From Callorhinchus milii (Eukaryota): a DNA stretch of 64,000 bases. A program made the translations under genes and the position numbers. The DNA lies in contig NW_024704742.1 in NCBI RefSeq assembly GCF_018977255.1, forward strand, positions 42,224,001 to 42,288,000. The letters are read 5' to 3'. Below, in pieces: positions 52,501-60,091 of the stretch (positions are counted from its first letter, which is position 1; each line of letters starts with the position of its first letter). The notes beneath the pieces are model-generated. The model searched no databases. It was not told where the DNA came from and saw nothing but the letters and a program-made list of their open reading frames with translations.

Positions 52501-55500
52501 ATTATAGACTAAGATGCACATGTGCCATAAGGAAGAATGAAACTTTTAATGTTTTGTATCATTTGGAATGGAATGGTGAAAATTTAATGACCGATATCAT
52601 CGTTTAATGTTGAAATTACAATGGTACATTTTGCGCTGAGCAAATATGACAGTGTTTGACAGATAGTCATCCCCTGAACGATCATTGCCACTGTCTTCTC
52701 AAGCTGCAGGCAATGATGCTCCACATAGGCAGAGCTTTTGTCACTTCTACCAACATTCAGCATTATTTTCTTTTTTTTTTAATTGATACTTTTTGAATAA
52801 CTATTTGTGATTATTAAAGTACAGGGGAGGTCTATATACTGGTGAGTGAAATTTCAGGGTAGGGGGAGAATTAAATAACCTAATAGCAATATTTTCTATT
52901 CAAAAAGAGAAGGGAGTTTTTCCCTGTGTCCTGCCCAAAATTCCCCCAAATAAAACTAGTCATTCATTTCATGGCTGTTTGTGGGACATTGCTGTGCTCA
53001 ATTGTGCTGCCACATTTATCTATAAATACACAGTCACTCCATTTCACAGTAAATCCCATGACGCGCATTGAAACGTTCTTCCAGCATGATAAGGCGCTGT
53101 ACCAAATGTGAGGATTATTAATAGTATTTTTCTTTAAATCTTTTGGATTGGGATTTTCCATTTCTGGAGACTGAATGTAAAAGATCACTACTGTTAGCAA
53201 TTAGTGCTAGTTGAAACCTACTGTCAGCTTCAAATATTACCAGTACTAAGTGTCAGTCTGGCTCAGTTGATAGGATTCTTGCCTCTTGTTCAGTAGGTAT
53301 GGACTGAAGCTGCAGGTCAGGAATCTAAGCTCTAATGCAGTGTTGTGGGAGCACTGCATTTTTGAAGGTGCTATCCTTTGGATGAGATATTAAACCGAAA
53401 TTGTGTCTGGCTATTAAAGATCCCATGGCACTATTCAAAAAGAGAACTGAGTTTCTCCTGCTGTCCTGGCCAACAATCTAATGGAGAAAAAATTGGTAAT
53501 TTTATTCAGGGCTATTCATGATTGTTTCAAAGTGCAAAGTGGAGTAACTGTTGTTCTGTGGGCAAACACAATAGGTATGTATCTCACTCATCAATACTTT
53601 AGGTGACTGTGTATCTATGGCCTTCAAGACAGTCCATTCCATATTCCCACAACCAGTTGGGGTTGTGCGTTTCTCTGGTCTCTCACTGACAAGAATGCTG
53701 AATGTAATGCAATAGGCAGGTGATCTGTAACAGATGTTGGCAGGAGAAAGATGTGTTGCTGCTGTCCACAGTTGTGCTGTCAAAGAAAGGAAGCAGTTTT
53801 CTAATCTGTGATTTGTGCTTGTCAAGATGAAAGGTGTCAGACCTCATGAATGTTATATTTTCTCCACGGTTTGAAGCCAATTTGAGTGTCAGTATGAAAC
53901 AGGTCAGATACAACTTTACTAGATCCAGAATATTGTTCTCCCTTCCTGTTCTGACAGCCTAACTTTATTCCGATCTCAAAAATGTGGATTTTTAGTTCAT
54001 CCACCACTCTGGAACTCCATCCCCCAGTGCCTTCAAAAATGTGGATTTTCAGTTCATCCACCACTCTGGAACTCCATCCCCCAGTGCCTTCGCCTTGCTT
54101 CCTCCCTTTCCTCCTTCAAGGCCGGTCTCAAAACCTTTCTCTTTGACCGAGCCTTCAGCTCCCCTCTCGACTCTCTTCCCCCTCCTCGCTCCCTCCCTTC
54201 CCTCCCCTCACCCTGACCATTTCCCCCTCCTCGCTCCCTCCCTTCCCTCCCCTCACCCTGACCATTTCCCCCCTGCTCGGGTCATGACCCAACTGTGCAG
54301 CGCCTTGGGACGTCCTCCTGACGTGAAAGGCGCTTTATAAATGGAATCTTGTTGTTGTTGTTGTTATGAGCAGGCATCTGGTTGTCCACTTAAACGTTGG
54401 ATTCACCAACTCTTTGATCTCTTTTAGCCAATAGATCAATTGGCAATTGTCCTTCCATTCGTCAGTGCTAGATTGAAACTGATGATACCAAGAGGTGTCT
54501 CACAGATGAACAGTATGGTAACCTTCTGCACCACACAGTCACCAAAATGTAACTATTTTTACATTAAAATCGCCAAGAAAGGTCCCACCCATGGGACCTT
54601 TGTATCCCATTCTGGATACAACAATTGTATCCCCAGAATTTAGATAAAATCCCATCTCGTTCTGCCGATCCTCTTGTCTATTGTATCACATCAGTAAACT
54701 AGATTGGCTGATCTTAAAAAGAATGTTTAAGGACATGGTAAATAAAATAAGACCCTCTTAACCATTCCTTACCTGTGATCATCAAAGGCCATATCTATCT
54801 ACTTACTGCGTGGGCATGAATAATGTGTCAATTACTCTATATTAATCCAGGAATTTATTGAGTATGTACCACATTATAGATGATGTGCTTGCTGAAGTGC
54901 AACGGGATTTCGACTCAGTGTATTTACTCAGACGATCATATGGAATTACACTTAGATTCAGAAAGTACTTGATGTTCCAACTGAATTGATAAATTTTGAG
55001 AATAATTCTGCTCTGCAAGCTCTGGGAAGTGAATACTTTGATGCTAGTTAGCTACTGTGTTCCTTTGATTAGTAATACGTTTTCACGTTTTCCCCAATAC
55101 ATTCATAAAAAAAGTGTTATAATTTTAAAGTACAAATAACATTATGTTAAAGCTGCCATGAGCTAGTAATATGACAGAGCATCTTATGGAGCAATGAGCC
55201 AAATGGCCAAGTTCTGTTCCTCTGTAAAATGGAACAGTGTTTTTATAATTATTGCAGTGCTCAGCACACATAAGTGAATTAGGAACCTGGAGTGAATTTA
55301 GCAGAATGCAGTCCTTTCTGATTGTGTGGAGAGCAAATTAATGAAATGATGTACATTCTGAACAAGAACATGTGAAATCTGTGACCTATTCTTTGAATAA
55401 TCAAAAATTCTCTAGGAAAGCAAAGAATCCCATTCAGTAACCAGAGCCTACTTTGTGCCTCCACCGTATCAGATGTGAAGATAGCCACTGACTAGTTCCG

Positions 55501-58500
55501 GATGATTGGATAATATAATGCTGGGATCACGTGGGGGTGGCTTTTGTGATTGAGGAAGAAAAACATCCCCCTTTTTTTGCTGTGTATAATAAAATCATTC
55601 GTCGTGTGAGCTGCACTTTGAGAGAGATGGGGACCATCATTTCTCTCTTTCTCTTTGTCTCCAGTTGTTGAGGTTTAGAGTTGATCATCACTGAACCTTG
55701 TTCATTACTCTAAGGCTTAGTTCAAGTCTCCCTGCAGCAACAGAAATAACCTTTTAGACCTTTCTCCTTCTGTTCCAGGTGAGCTGTGTGAAGAGAAACT
55801 CGATTTCTGTGCCCCAGAGCTGAACTCCTGCCAGCACGACTCCAAGTGTATCATGACTGCCAAGGGATTCAAGTATGTGGCGAAGACCTTTATTCTAAGT
55901 TCCTGACGTTTTCTTGTGGGTTTTTTATGAGTTACTCATTAAAAGAGTGTATCACTAGGTTGAAGGAACCAGAAACAAATCAGAGATCTTCCACCGTGTG
56001 AAATCTATGAGAAGCACATCTAGAATTCCTTTCAATTTTAAAACATGTGTGGGTTAATGCGAAGACGGTTCCTCAATTTTGAAGGGAGAGAAGAAGGGAG
56101 AGAAAGACAGTATTTGCATTATTATGGTGTCAAAAGCCTCAAACACTCCACATGTAATTACTATCGAGTGATAAGCAAATGGCAGCCATTTATACACACT
56201 GAGGTCCTAAGATAGCCATGATTGGCGCAGGATTTGATTGTTGTCAGAATAGCATAACAAATTTCACAATTTTTTGATGTCCACTATGAATCCTGCGATG
56301 CAAGGAGAGCTTCTCTTCCAGTTCAGTCCCTATCGCTGTCACTCACAATTGTAAAGAACTCTCTGCCCGAGTGTGCCATGCATCGAAGCATGCAATGCAA
56401 GAGAGTGCATGGCATTCCAAACACGGGAATTTCCATGTGGGATGCTTGGAACTCTGAATCTGGTTTGGATACTCTTCAGCGTGGTGAGGGGTTCCTGCAT
56501 GTGTCAGGCACCCAACTGACCAAAAAACAAGAAAACACAGAACATGACTCCACCTCAGTAAGGACATGTGACACATGTAGGTAATTCCAAAATAACAAAA
56601 GGTGACATTTGTAAGATGAACACTGAGTAAAATGCCAGGGTTCTTTTGGTTGAAGCTTGGATAAGCAGCAAATGTCTGTCAAAATAAACCCAACATCTTT
56701 GCCTGATTTTCTGTGTGCTTGAGCTGTGTGTTGTAAATAACAATGTTTGCATGTTTTCTCCACCGTGCCAGCAATTGTATAAGGAATGGATGTTGCAGGT
56801 TGGAAGTTGTCCAGCCCTGAGCAGGTGCTGTGATGTGCTTCCTTGTTTCCTGCAGGTACATAATTGCTCCGCCCACTCACAGGTATATTGTTCAGATTCG
56901 GTGTACACTGCCAACAAGGCCACATGCATCCAGCGTTCCTTGAAACATGGACAGGAGCCAAGCTGTATCTCCAATACAATCTACCAACCTTTCAATAAAG
57001 GGATCCTTTAAATCAAGCAACTAACACTCAATGTGAATTTAGCTTCTTTCAGACCTTCTCCAGACCTTCCTCTTCGCCTGCCTCAAGCCTGTGGCTTCGG
57101 TCCTCCACCCCCTCCATCACCCCCCACCCACTCCCCTTGACTACCAACCCTCCTGAATTCAACCCAAGCTCATCTATCCAGCAACTTGGGACATCCTCCC
57201 GACGTGAAAGGCACTATATAAATCCAATTTGTTGTTGTTTCACCAATGTGAGATTAATTTTCTGACTTTTATAGATGTGAATGCACACCTGGCTATGTTG
57301 GTGAACACTGTGATATCGACTACGATGATTGCCAAGAGAACAAATGCAAAAACAACGCACAGTGCATTGATGCAGTGAACGGATACACTTGCGTATGCCC
57401 AGAGGGTTACAGGTAAGCCAGGAGCAAGAGTTGAGGTGGGGAAGTCACTTGTAGCAGGTAATACACAGTACACAGAGCAGGCACAAATCTATGACTTACT
57501 GTGGAAACGTTTTTATATATGTGACAAGCAGCAATTGCTCTCTGCCTCATGATTTGTTGGCTGAATGGAGACAAAATTAATTTCTGGGATATTTGTATGA
57601 GTTGCTAGAGGTAGAGGAGTGCACTGTGAATGTCAGTGATGTGGGCTGTCTCCTAGTGACTAGAGGCAAGCCTTCCTCCCTGTCAGTGTGCCAAAATTGG
57701 GATCAGACAATAGCTGTAGTCTTCAAACTTCTGATCACTAACACTAGCGCTCTGTTTAGTATCTGTTTACAAAGTAGTTTCCCTTTATGTTAAGTAATAA
57801 TAGACCTTGTAAGAAACCAGGTACTGTAATTTCTGTAAAGTGTACTGATTGTGTATTTGCAGACGAGCACAGCAGCCAATTATTATAATAATAATTATAA
57901 TCTTTACATTTACAATTTGCCCACAGCAATGTCCCATAAATAGTCATGAAATGACTGACCACTTTGATTTGGAGGTCAGGATACCAGAAGATACATTTCT
58001 TTACAAACAGTCTCATGGGATTTTGAAGAGGTTAAATGGTACCTCTAACAATCCAGTGCTTTCCCGGTATTACATTAGAATGTCAGCCAAAATTCCAACG
58101 TGGGGCTTGATCCCACAACCTTCTGACTCTGAAATGAAACCAAAACGAGTCAGGCTGGCATTTTAATTACTCTCAGATCTCTGATTACTGAATCTGTTGA
58201 TGTGGTGGAGTATTTGTATGAAGATTATCCATAAGTGCTAAGCTGAGTTTCTTTCTTGATTCTTCGCAGCGGTCTGTTCTGTGAGCTGACTCCCCCAATG
58301 GTTTTACCTCGCACCAGCCCCTGTGACCACTTTGAATGCCAGAATGGAGCTCAGTGCATAGAGATTGGAAACGAGCCTGTCTGCCAGTGCCTGTCTGGTT
58401 ATGAGGGGGACAAGTGTGAGAAGCTGATCAGTGTGAACTTCGTGAACAGAGACTCCTACCTGCAGATCCCTTCACCCAAAATCTGGCCTCAGCCTAATAT

Positions 58501-60091
58501 CTCTCTCCAGGTACGAAAAGAAAATGTTTGAAATAAAATGGTTGGTCCTTCTGTGATCATTTGTCATACCTGGTCCAAAATTTCCCCTGGTCTTAGTGTG
58601 TAAGACTTATTTAGCCTTAACATTTAAAATCACATAGATTTTGGAAAATTCTTAAATTTAGTCTTAATTTGGAAACCGTTTTTTTTTAAAAATGTAGAAA
58701 AAGTGGCTTTTAAATTAATACTAAATTTAAGAATTTTTCTTAATTCTAAACAACCTTTAATTTTAAGAACAAATGGTCCCACAGAGAAAGAACTAGATTA
58801 AATTTCATACCTCAGGAGTCAGTTTCTGAAGAAATGTGGTCAATATGCACATTCAGATCTGTGATTACTTTTATTGACCTCCTAACCCTCTACCATCCTG
58901 CTCGCTCCCTCTGCTCAGTGGGCTCCGGCCTGCTTCAGGCCCCCCCGCCTCGCTCACCCCCACCATTGGCAGGCCACTCTGCCCCCACCCTCTGGAACTC
59001 CATCCCACAGTCCCTCTGCTTCACCCCCTCCCTTGCCACCTTCAAGACCCATCTCAAGACTCTCCTCTTCAACCGTGCTTTTGATCTCCCTGCTTCCCTC
59101 GCTGCCCTCCACCCTCCCCGATACCGACCCCCAGCTTGGGTCCGTAGCTCTGTGTGTCCAGCGCCTTGGGACGTCCTTCCGACGTGAAAGGCGCTTTCCA
59201 AATGTAATTTTGTTGTTGTTGAATCTCCTTAAAGTTGATCGATATCATTGCACTTTGCATTGTTGCTTCAGTGTTCATGTTAAGTGAAGCTTTCATGGGA
59301 ACCAAACAAGAAAAAAATAAGGAACTGTTAAAGTGGTGAGAGCAGGAGAGTGGGTTTAGATTAGATGGCTCATATGGAGAAAATCATCAGTGATGGATCA
59401 AATAATAACAATAATCCTTACATTTGCTATAATGCCTTGCACATCAGGAGGACATCCCAAAGCGCTTCATGGATGGGAATGGTCTGTTTCTGTGGTGTAG
59501 TATTGTATGATTCTATGGACAATCCAAAACTGTACAGCATTGATATCAATAATAATTATAATGTTTATATTTACAATTTGCCCACAGCAATGTCCCCTAA
59601 ATGAAAAAAATGAAAATGAAGTCAATATTTAATGTTGTTTGTAAGTGTAGATTTTACATTTTTGTGATGAGCAAACATTTGACACACAGACAACCAGACA
59701 CTCAATGCTGTTGCGTCAAGGAAACAGACCTATATCTTTTTAGTCATTCTAATGTTCCTCTTGAGGAACATAATATTTTTGCAACGCAACGGTGTGTTTC
59801 ATTCCAACCTAATTTGCACTGTGCCCTTGGCAAATTCGTCCAGTGGCAATGTCTAAGTCCATTGTGGTCAGTTCATATGTCCTCCATCTCCTCCAGTACT
59901 TTGCTTCCTTTTTCTGCGAGGTGCCATTTGTTAAACTATACTACTCCTTCTGCTTCCCAGGTTGCCACCGGTGAAGACAATGGGATTTTGCTGTACAAAG
60001 GAGACCGTGATCATGTTGCCGTGGAGCTGTTCCGTGGCCGCGTACGTGTCAGTTATGACACAGGAACATATCCAGCCTCAGCCATTTACAG
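1476..60091 (+). CDS. slit2: Slit guidance ligand 2, partial multi-exon CDS (human-equivalent exons ~11-33)
   Basis: 23 exons with AG/GT boundaries and compatible phases join into an uninterrupted 2706-nt frame. The translation matches vertebrate SLIT2 as I recall it (e.g. [43 protein letters not shown]). The intronic hairpin is of the mir-218-1 type, which supports slit2 over slit1 or slit3. Confidence 0.97.
5766..5837 (+). CDS. slit2: slit2 exon (~12): [24 protein letters not shown]
   Basis: cgcag|TGTG...TGCT|gtaagt; 72 nt; phase 2-2. Confidence 0.96.
6870..7236 (+). mobile_element. degenerate Deu-domain SINE
   Basis: CCTTTGGATGAGATGTTAA...TGGACATTAAAGA...CAGTCACTACACTTCAAAG...tail. Confidence 0.65.
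8290..8550 (-). mobile_element. second old tRNA-SINE family (AmnSINE2-like from recall); related copies at ~1-160(-), 11415-11530(+), 21130-21250(-), 24750-24830(+), 36670-36910(+), 47470-47650(+)
   Basis: motifs shared among copies: GGTTC..ATCC..GGT.TGTGCTGAGTT.GCTG.TCTCAGCC and CTGGG.TAGGGAGG..AAA.TCAGC.AGGGTTC. Confidence 0.55.
10129..10441 (+). mobile_element. young full-length tRNA(Ala)-derived SINE with L2-type tail and (TTA)n end
   Basis: A box TAGCTCAGTGG, TGC anticodon loop, B box GGTTCAATTCC, tail ending GCAAGGATTATTATT; a closely similar copy lies at 46172-46476. Confidence 0.9.
11208..11351 (+). CDS. slit2: slit2 exon (~13): [48 protein letters not shown]
   Basis: gacag|GTTG...CTCT|gtatgt; 144 nt; overlaps ORF 11209..11460. 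Confidence 0.96.
12883..13046 (+). CDS. slit2: slit2 exon (~14), D2 LRRCT with basic heparin-binding patch: [11 protein letters not shown]...[19 protein letters not shown]
   Basis: caaaag|GCAT...TCAG|gtaatt; 164 nt; phase 2-1. Confidence 0.96.
13390..13413 (+). CDS. slit2: slit2 alternative microexon 15: AKEQYFIP
   Basis: ttatag|CGAAAGAACAGTATTTCATTCCAG|gtaggt; 24 nt; phase 1-1; same peptide as the alternatively spliced mammalian exon 15. Confidence 0.95.
13475..13552 (+). promoter_or_regulatory. two RBFOX-type TGCATG intronic splicing elements downstream of microexon 15
   Basis: TGCATG at 13475-13480 and 13547-13552, about 60-140 nt after the donor. Confidence 0.55.
14190..14775 (-). mobile_element. 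CR1-type LINE 3' fragment
   Basis: the reverse strand encodes [18 protein letters not shown] (compare 34196) and ends in a GGGCCAAACGGCCTTC-type 3' UTR hairpin. Confidence 0.7.
16008..16025 (+). CDS. slit2: candidate novel 18-nt slit2 microexon: GIHHFG(C)
   Basis: ~103-nt AG-free pyrimidine-rich tract; tttgcag|GAATTCACCATTTTGGCT|gtaagt; phase 1-1; no stop; no transcript evidence available. Confidence 0.6.
16503..16612 (+). ncRNA. mir218-1: mir-218-1 precursor hairpin (5p mature 16527-16547; 3p ~16570-16591)
   Basis: Exact miR-218-5p sequence TTGTGCTTGATCTAACCATGT, with complementary arm ATGGTTCTGTCAAGCACCATGG. Flanks and loop resemble human mir-218-1. It lies in the intron after exon 15, as in SLIT2. 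Confidence 0.97.
17315..17465 (+). CDS. slit2: slit2 exon (~16), D3 [56 protein letters not shown]
   Basis: ctgcag|GCAC...AGCT|gtaagt; 151 nt; phase 1-2. Confidence 0.96.
17905..18065 (+). mobile_element. 5'-truncated SINE (3' half, same family)
   Basis: GTGGGACATTGCTGTGCGCAATTGGCTGCCGCG...GTGAAAAGCGCTATATCAAATGCAAGG(TTA)n. Confidence 0.85.
19494..19568 (+). CDS. slit2: slit2 exon (~17): [25 protein letters not shown]
   Basis: cttcag|GCGC...AAAT|gtgagt; 75 nt. Confidence 0.96.
21308..21686 (+). mobile_element. older Deu-domain SINE (SacSINE1/AmnSINE1-like)
   Basis: TCAGGTGGGCGTTAAAGATCCTGTGGCACTATTTG...GGGAGTT...CCTGGTGT core plus the shared tail; family name from recall. Confidence 0.75.
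21919..22298 (-). mobile_element. tRNA-derived SINE, related family, reverse orientation
   Basis: the reverse complement has a GTGGAGTC...TAGCTTAGTGG head, the shared body and a (TTA)n tail. Confidence 0.8.
22844..22987 (+). CDS. slit2: slit2 exon (~18): [48 protein letters not shown]
   Basis: ttttag|AAAT...CTCT|gtgagt; 144 nt. Confidence 0.96.
23290..23735 (-). mobile_element. L2 LINE 3' fragment
   Basis: ORF 23373..23567 contains [19 protein letters not shown], an L2 ORF2 C-terminal motif. Confidence 0.8.
26132..26275 (+). CDS. slit2: slit2 exon (~19): [48 protein letters not shown]
   Basis: ctgcag|GATG...CACT|gtaagt; 144 nt; missed by the ORF track. Confidence 0.96.
27379..27545 (+). 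CDS. slit2: slit2 exon (~20), D3 [60 protein letters not shown]
   Basis: cgtcag|AAAT...GATG|gtaaac; 167 nt; phase 2-1. Confidence 0.96.
30099..30231 (+). CDS. slit2: slit2 exon (~21), D4 [50 protein letters not shown]
   Basis: acccag|GAAA...AACT|gtaagt; 133 nt. Confidence 0.96.
31000..31680 (+). repeat. unclassified interspersed repeat; copies at 5180-5592(-), 32590-32985(+), 56395-56530(-)
   Basis: shared blocks ATCCAAACCAGACTGAGAG, CATGGAAAT, CAAGGCTTG, GAGTTTAACCAGCT, GGA.CATCC.ACC..TTAG in colinear order. Confidence 0.7.
32567..32588. repeat. poly-C run (~22 nt); shorter runs at ~417-431, 28849-28862, 36647-36659
   Basis: directly visible. Confidence 0.9.
33034..33102 (+). CDS. slit2: slit2 exon (~22): [23 protein letters not shown]
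   Basis: tttcag|ATAT...TAAT|gtaggt; 69 nt. Confidence 0.95.
34029..34100 (+). CDS. slit2: slit2 exon (~23): [24 protein letters not shown]
   Basis: ttccag|TGAT...CTCT|gtaagt; 72 nt. Confidence 0.96.
34160..34765 (+). mobile_element. CR1 LINE 3' fragment (ORF2 C-terminus plus 3' UTR)
   Basis: ORF 34196..34429 contains [13 protein letters not shown]...[12 protein letters not shown]; the 3' end reads GGGCCGAATGGCCTGTTTC...TATTCTAATG. Confidence 0.9.
35427..35498 (+). CDS. slit2: slit2 exon (~24): [24 protein letters not shown]
   Basis: tcacag|AATT...TGTT|gtgagt; 72 nt. Confidence 0.96.
36482..36553 (+). CDS. slit2: slit2 exon (~25): [24 protein letters not shown]
   Basis: ttccag|GTCT...ACTT|gtaagt; 72 nt. 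Confidence 0.96.
37125..37522 (-). mobile_element. L2 LINE 3' fragment
   Basis: [30 protein letters not shown] followed by the tail hairpin. Confidence 0.88.
37630..37793 (+). CDS. slit2: slit2 exon (~26), D4 [59 protein letters not shown]
   Basis: ctacag|GGCC...CAAG|gtattg; 164 nt; phase 2-1. Confidence 0.96.
38071..38103 (+). CDS. slit2: candidate novel 33-nt slit2 microexon: [11 protein letters not shown]
   Basis: ~115-nt AG-free pyrimidine-rich tract with CTAAT branch-like motif; cctatag|AGATTCC...GTGCCAG|gtaagc; phase 1-1; no stop. Confidence 0.65.
39137..39261 (+). CDS. slit2: slit2 exon (~27), EGF1: [42 protein letters not shown]
   Basis: ttaaag|GTCC...CAAG|gtatgt; 125 nt; phase 1-0. 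Confidence 0.96.
39455..39551 (+). mobile_element. Penelope-like element terminal fragment with hammerhead ribozyme core, flanked by an 11-bp TSD
   Basis: CTGACGA-A-GGGCC-TTG-GACCC-GAAACGTT then AGATGCTGCCTGACCTGCTGAG; ATTAGATATAA at both 39444-39454 and 39552-39562. Confidence 0.75.
40898..40942. repeat. (TA)n-rich microsatellite
   Basis: ATATATATACATATATATA...CTATATATATATATATATATA. Confidence 0.85.
41361..41458 (+). CDS. slit2: slit2 exon (~28), EGF2: [33 protein letters not shown]
   Basis: ccacag|GGTC...TCTG|gttcgt; 98 nt; phase 0-2; weak-looking donor. Confidence 0.94.
42687..42840. mobile_element. palindromic MITE-like element; relatives at ~18768-18896, 25748-25835, 36258-36373, 49846-49901, 58633-58750
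   Basis: ends ATTTCAGA...TCTGAAAT; internal inverted TTTTGAAGCTG.TTTTCTG / CAGAAAACTGGTTTCAAAG. Confidence 0.6.
44410..44719 (+). mobile_element. L2 LINE 3' end, young subfamily
   Basis: encodes [16 protein letters not shown]...[10 protein letters not shown]; tail GCGCCTTGGGACGTCCTCCTGACGTGAAAGGCGC...(TTG)n. Confidence 0.88.
45441..45580 (+). CDS. slit2: slit2 exon (~29), EGF2/3: [46 protein letters not shown]
   Basis: cctcag|GTGC...ACAG|gtaagg; 140 nt; phase 2-1. Confidence 0.96.
46172..46476 (+). mobile_element. tRNA-derived SINE, same family as 10129-10441
   Basis: colinear with the 10129 copy over its whole length apart from a short internal deletion. Confidence 0.9.
49080..49815 (-). 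mobile_element. L2 LINE 3' fragment
   Basis: (CAA)n start, reverse tail hairpin, degenerate ORF2 C-terminus ([13 protein letters not shown]...LRSAG). Confidence 0.85.
50406..50432 (+). CDS. slit2: slit2 alternative 27-nt microexon in EGF3: AANLNEVEK
   Basis: pyrimidine tract; tccaag|CTGCTAATCTGAATGAGGTGGAAAAAG|gtcagt; phase 1-1; peptide matches the 9-aa insert I recall from mammalian Slit2 isoforms ([18 protein letters not shown]). Confidence 0.88.
52893..53520 (+). mobile_element. two adjacent Deu-SINE fragments (3' part 52893-53122; 5' part/core 53252-53520)
   Basis: TTAAAGATCCCATGGCACTATTC core and GTTTGTGGGACATTGCTGTG body, similar to the other copies. Confidence 0.65.
54007..54365 (+). 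mobile_element. L2 LINE 3' end with two tandem duplications
   Basis: nearly identical to 44473-44719; carries 57-bp and 45-bp duplications. Confidence 0.88.
55779..55872 (+). CDS. slit2: slit2 exon (~30), EGF4: [32 protein letters not shown]
   Basis: ttccag|GTGA...TCAA|gtatgt; 94 nt; phase 1-2. Confidence 0.96.
57030..57240 (+). mobile_element. L2 3' end immediately upstream of the exon-31 acceptor
   Basis: tail GGGACATCCTCCCGACGTGAAAGGCACTATATAAAT...(TTG)n. Confidence 0.75.
57275..57412 (+). CDS. slit2: slit2 exon (~31), EGF4/5: [46 protein letters not shown]
   Basis: ttatag|ATGT...ACAG|gtaagc; 138 nt. Confidence 0.96.
58270..58510 (+). CDS. slit2: slit2 exon (~32): cleavage site [12 protein letters not shown]6 and start of LamG
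   Basis: tcgcag|CGGT...CCAG|gtacga; 241 nt; Arg codon 58310-58312 followed by TSPC. Confidence 0.96.
58875..59221 (+). mobile_element. L2 LINE 3' fragment
   Basis: [12 protein letters not shown]...[16 protein letters not shown] plus tail hairpin. Confidence 0.88.
59961..60091 (+). CDS. slit2: slit2 exon (~33), Lam[44 protein letters not shown]
   Basis: tcccag|GTTG...ACAG|gtgagt; 131 nt. Confidence 0.96.

Noticed and set aside
1476..60091. Assignment to slit1 or slit3
   Set aside because: The peptides ([42 protein letters not shown]) and the mir-218-1-type hairpin fit slit2.
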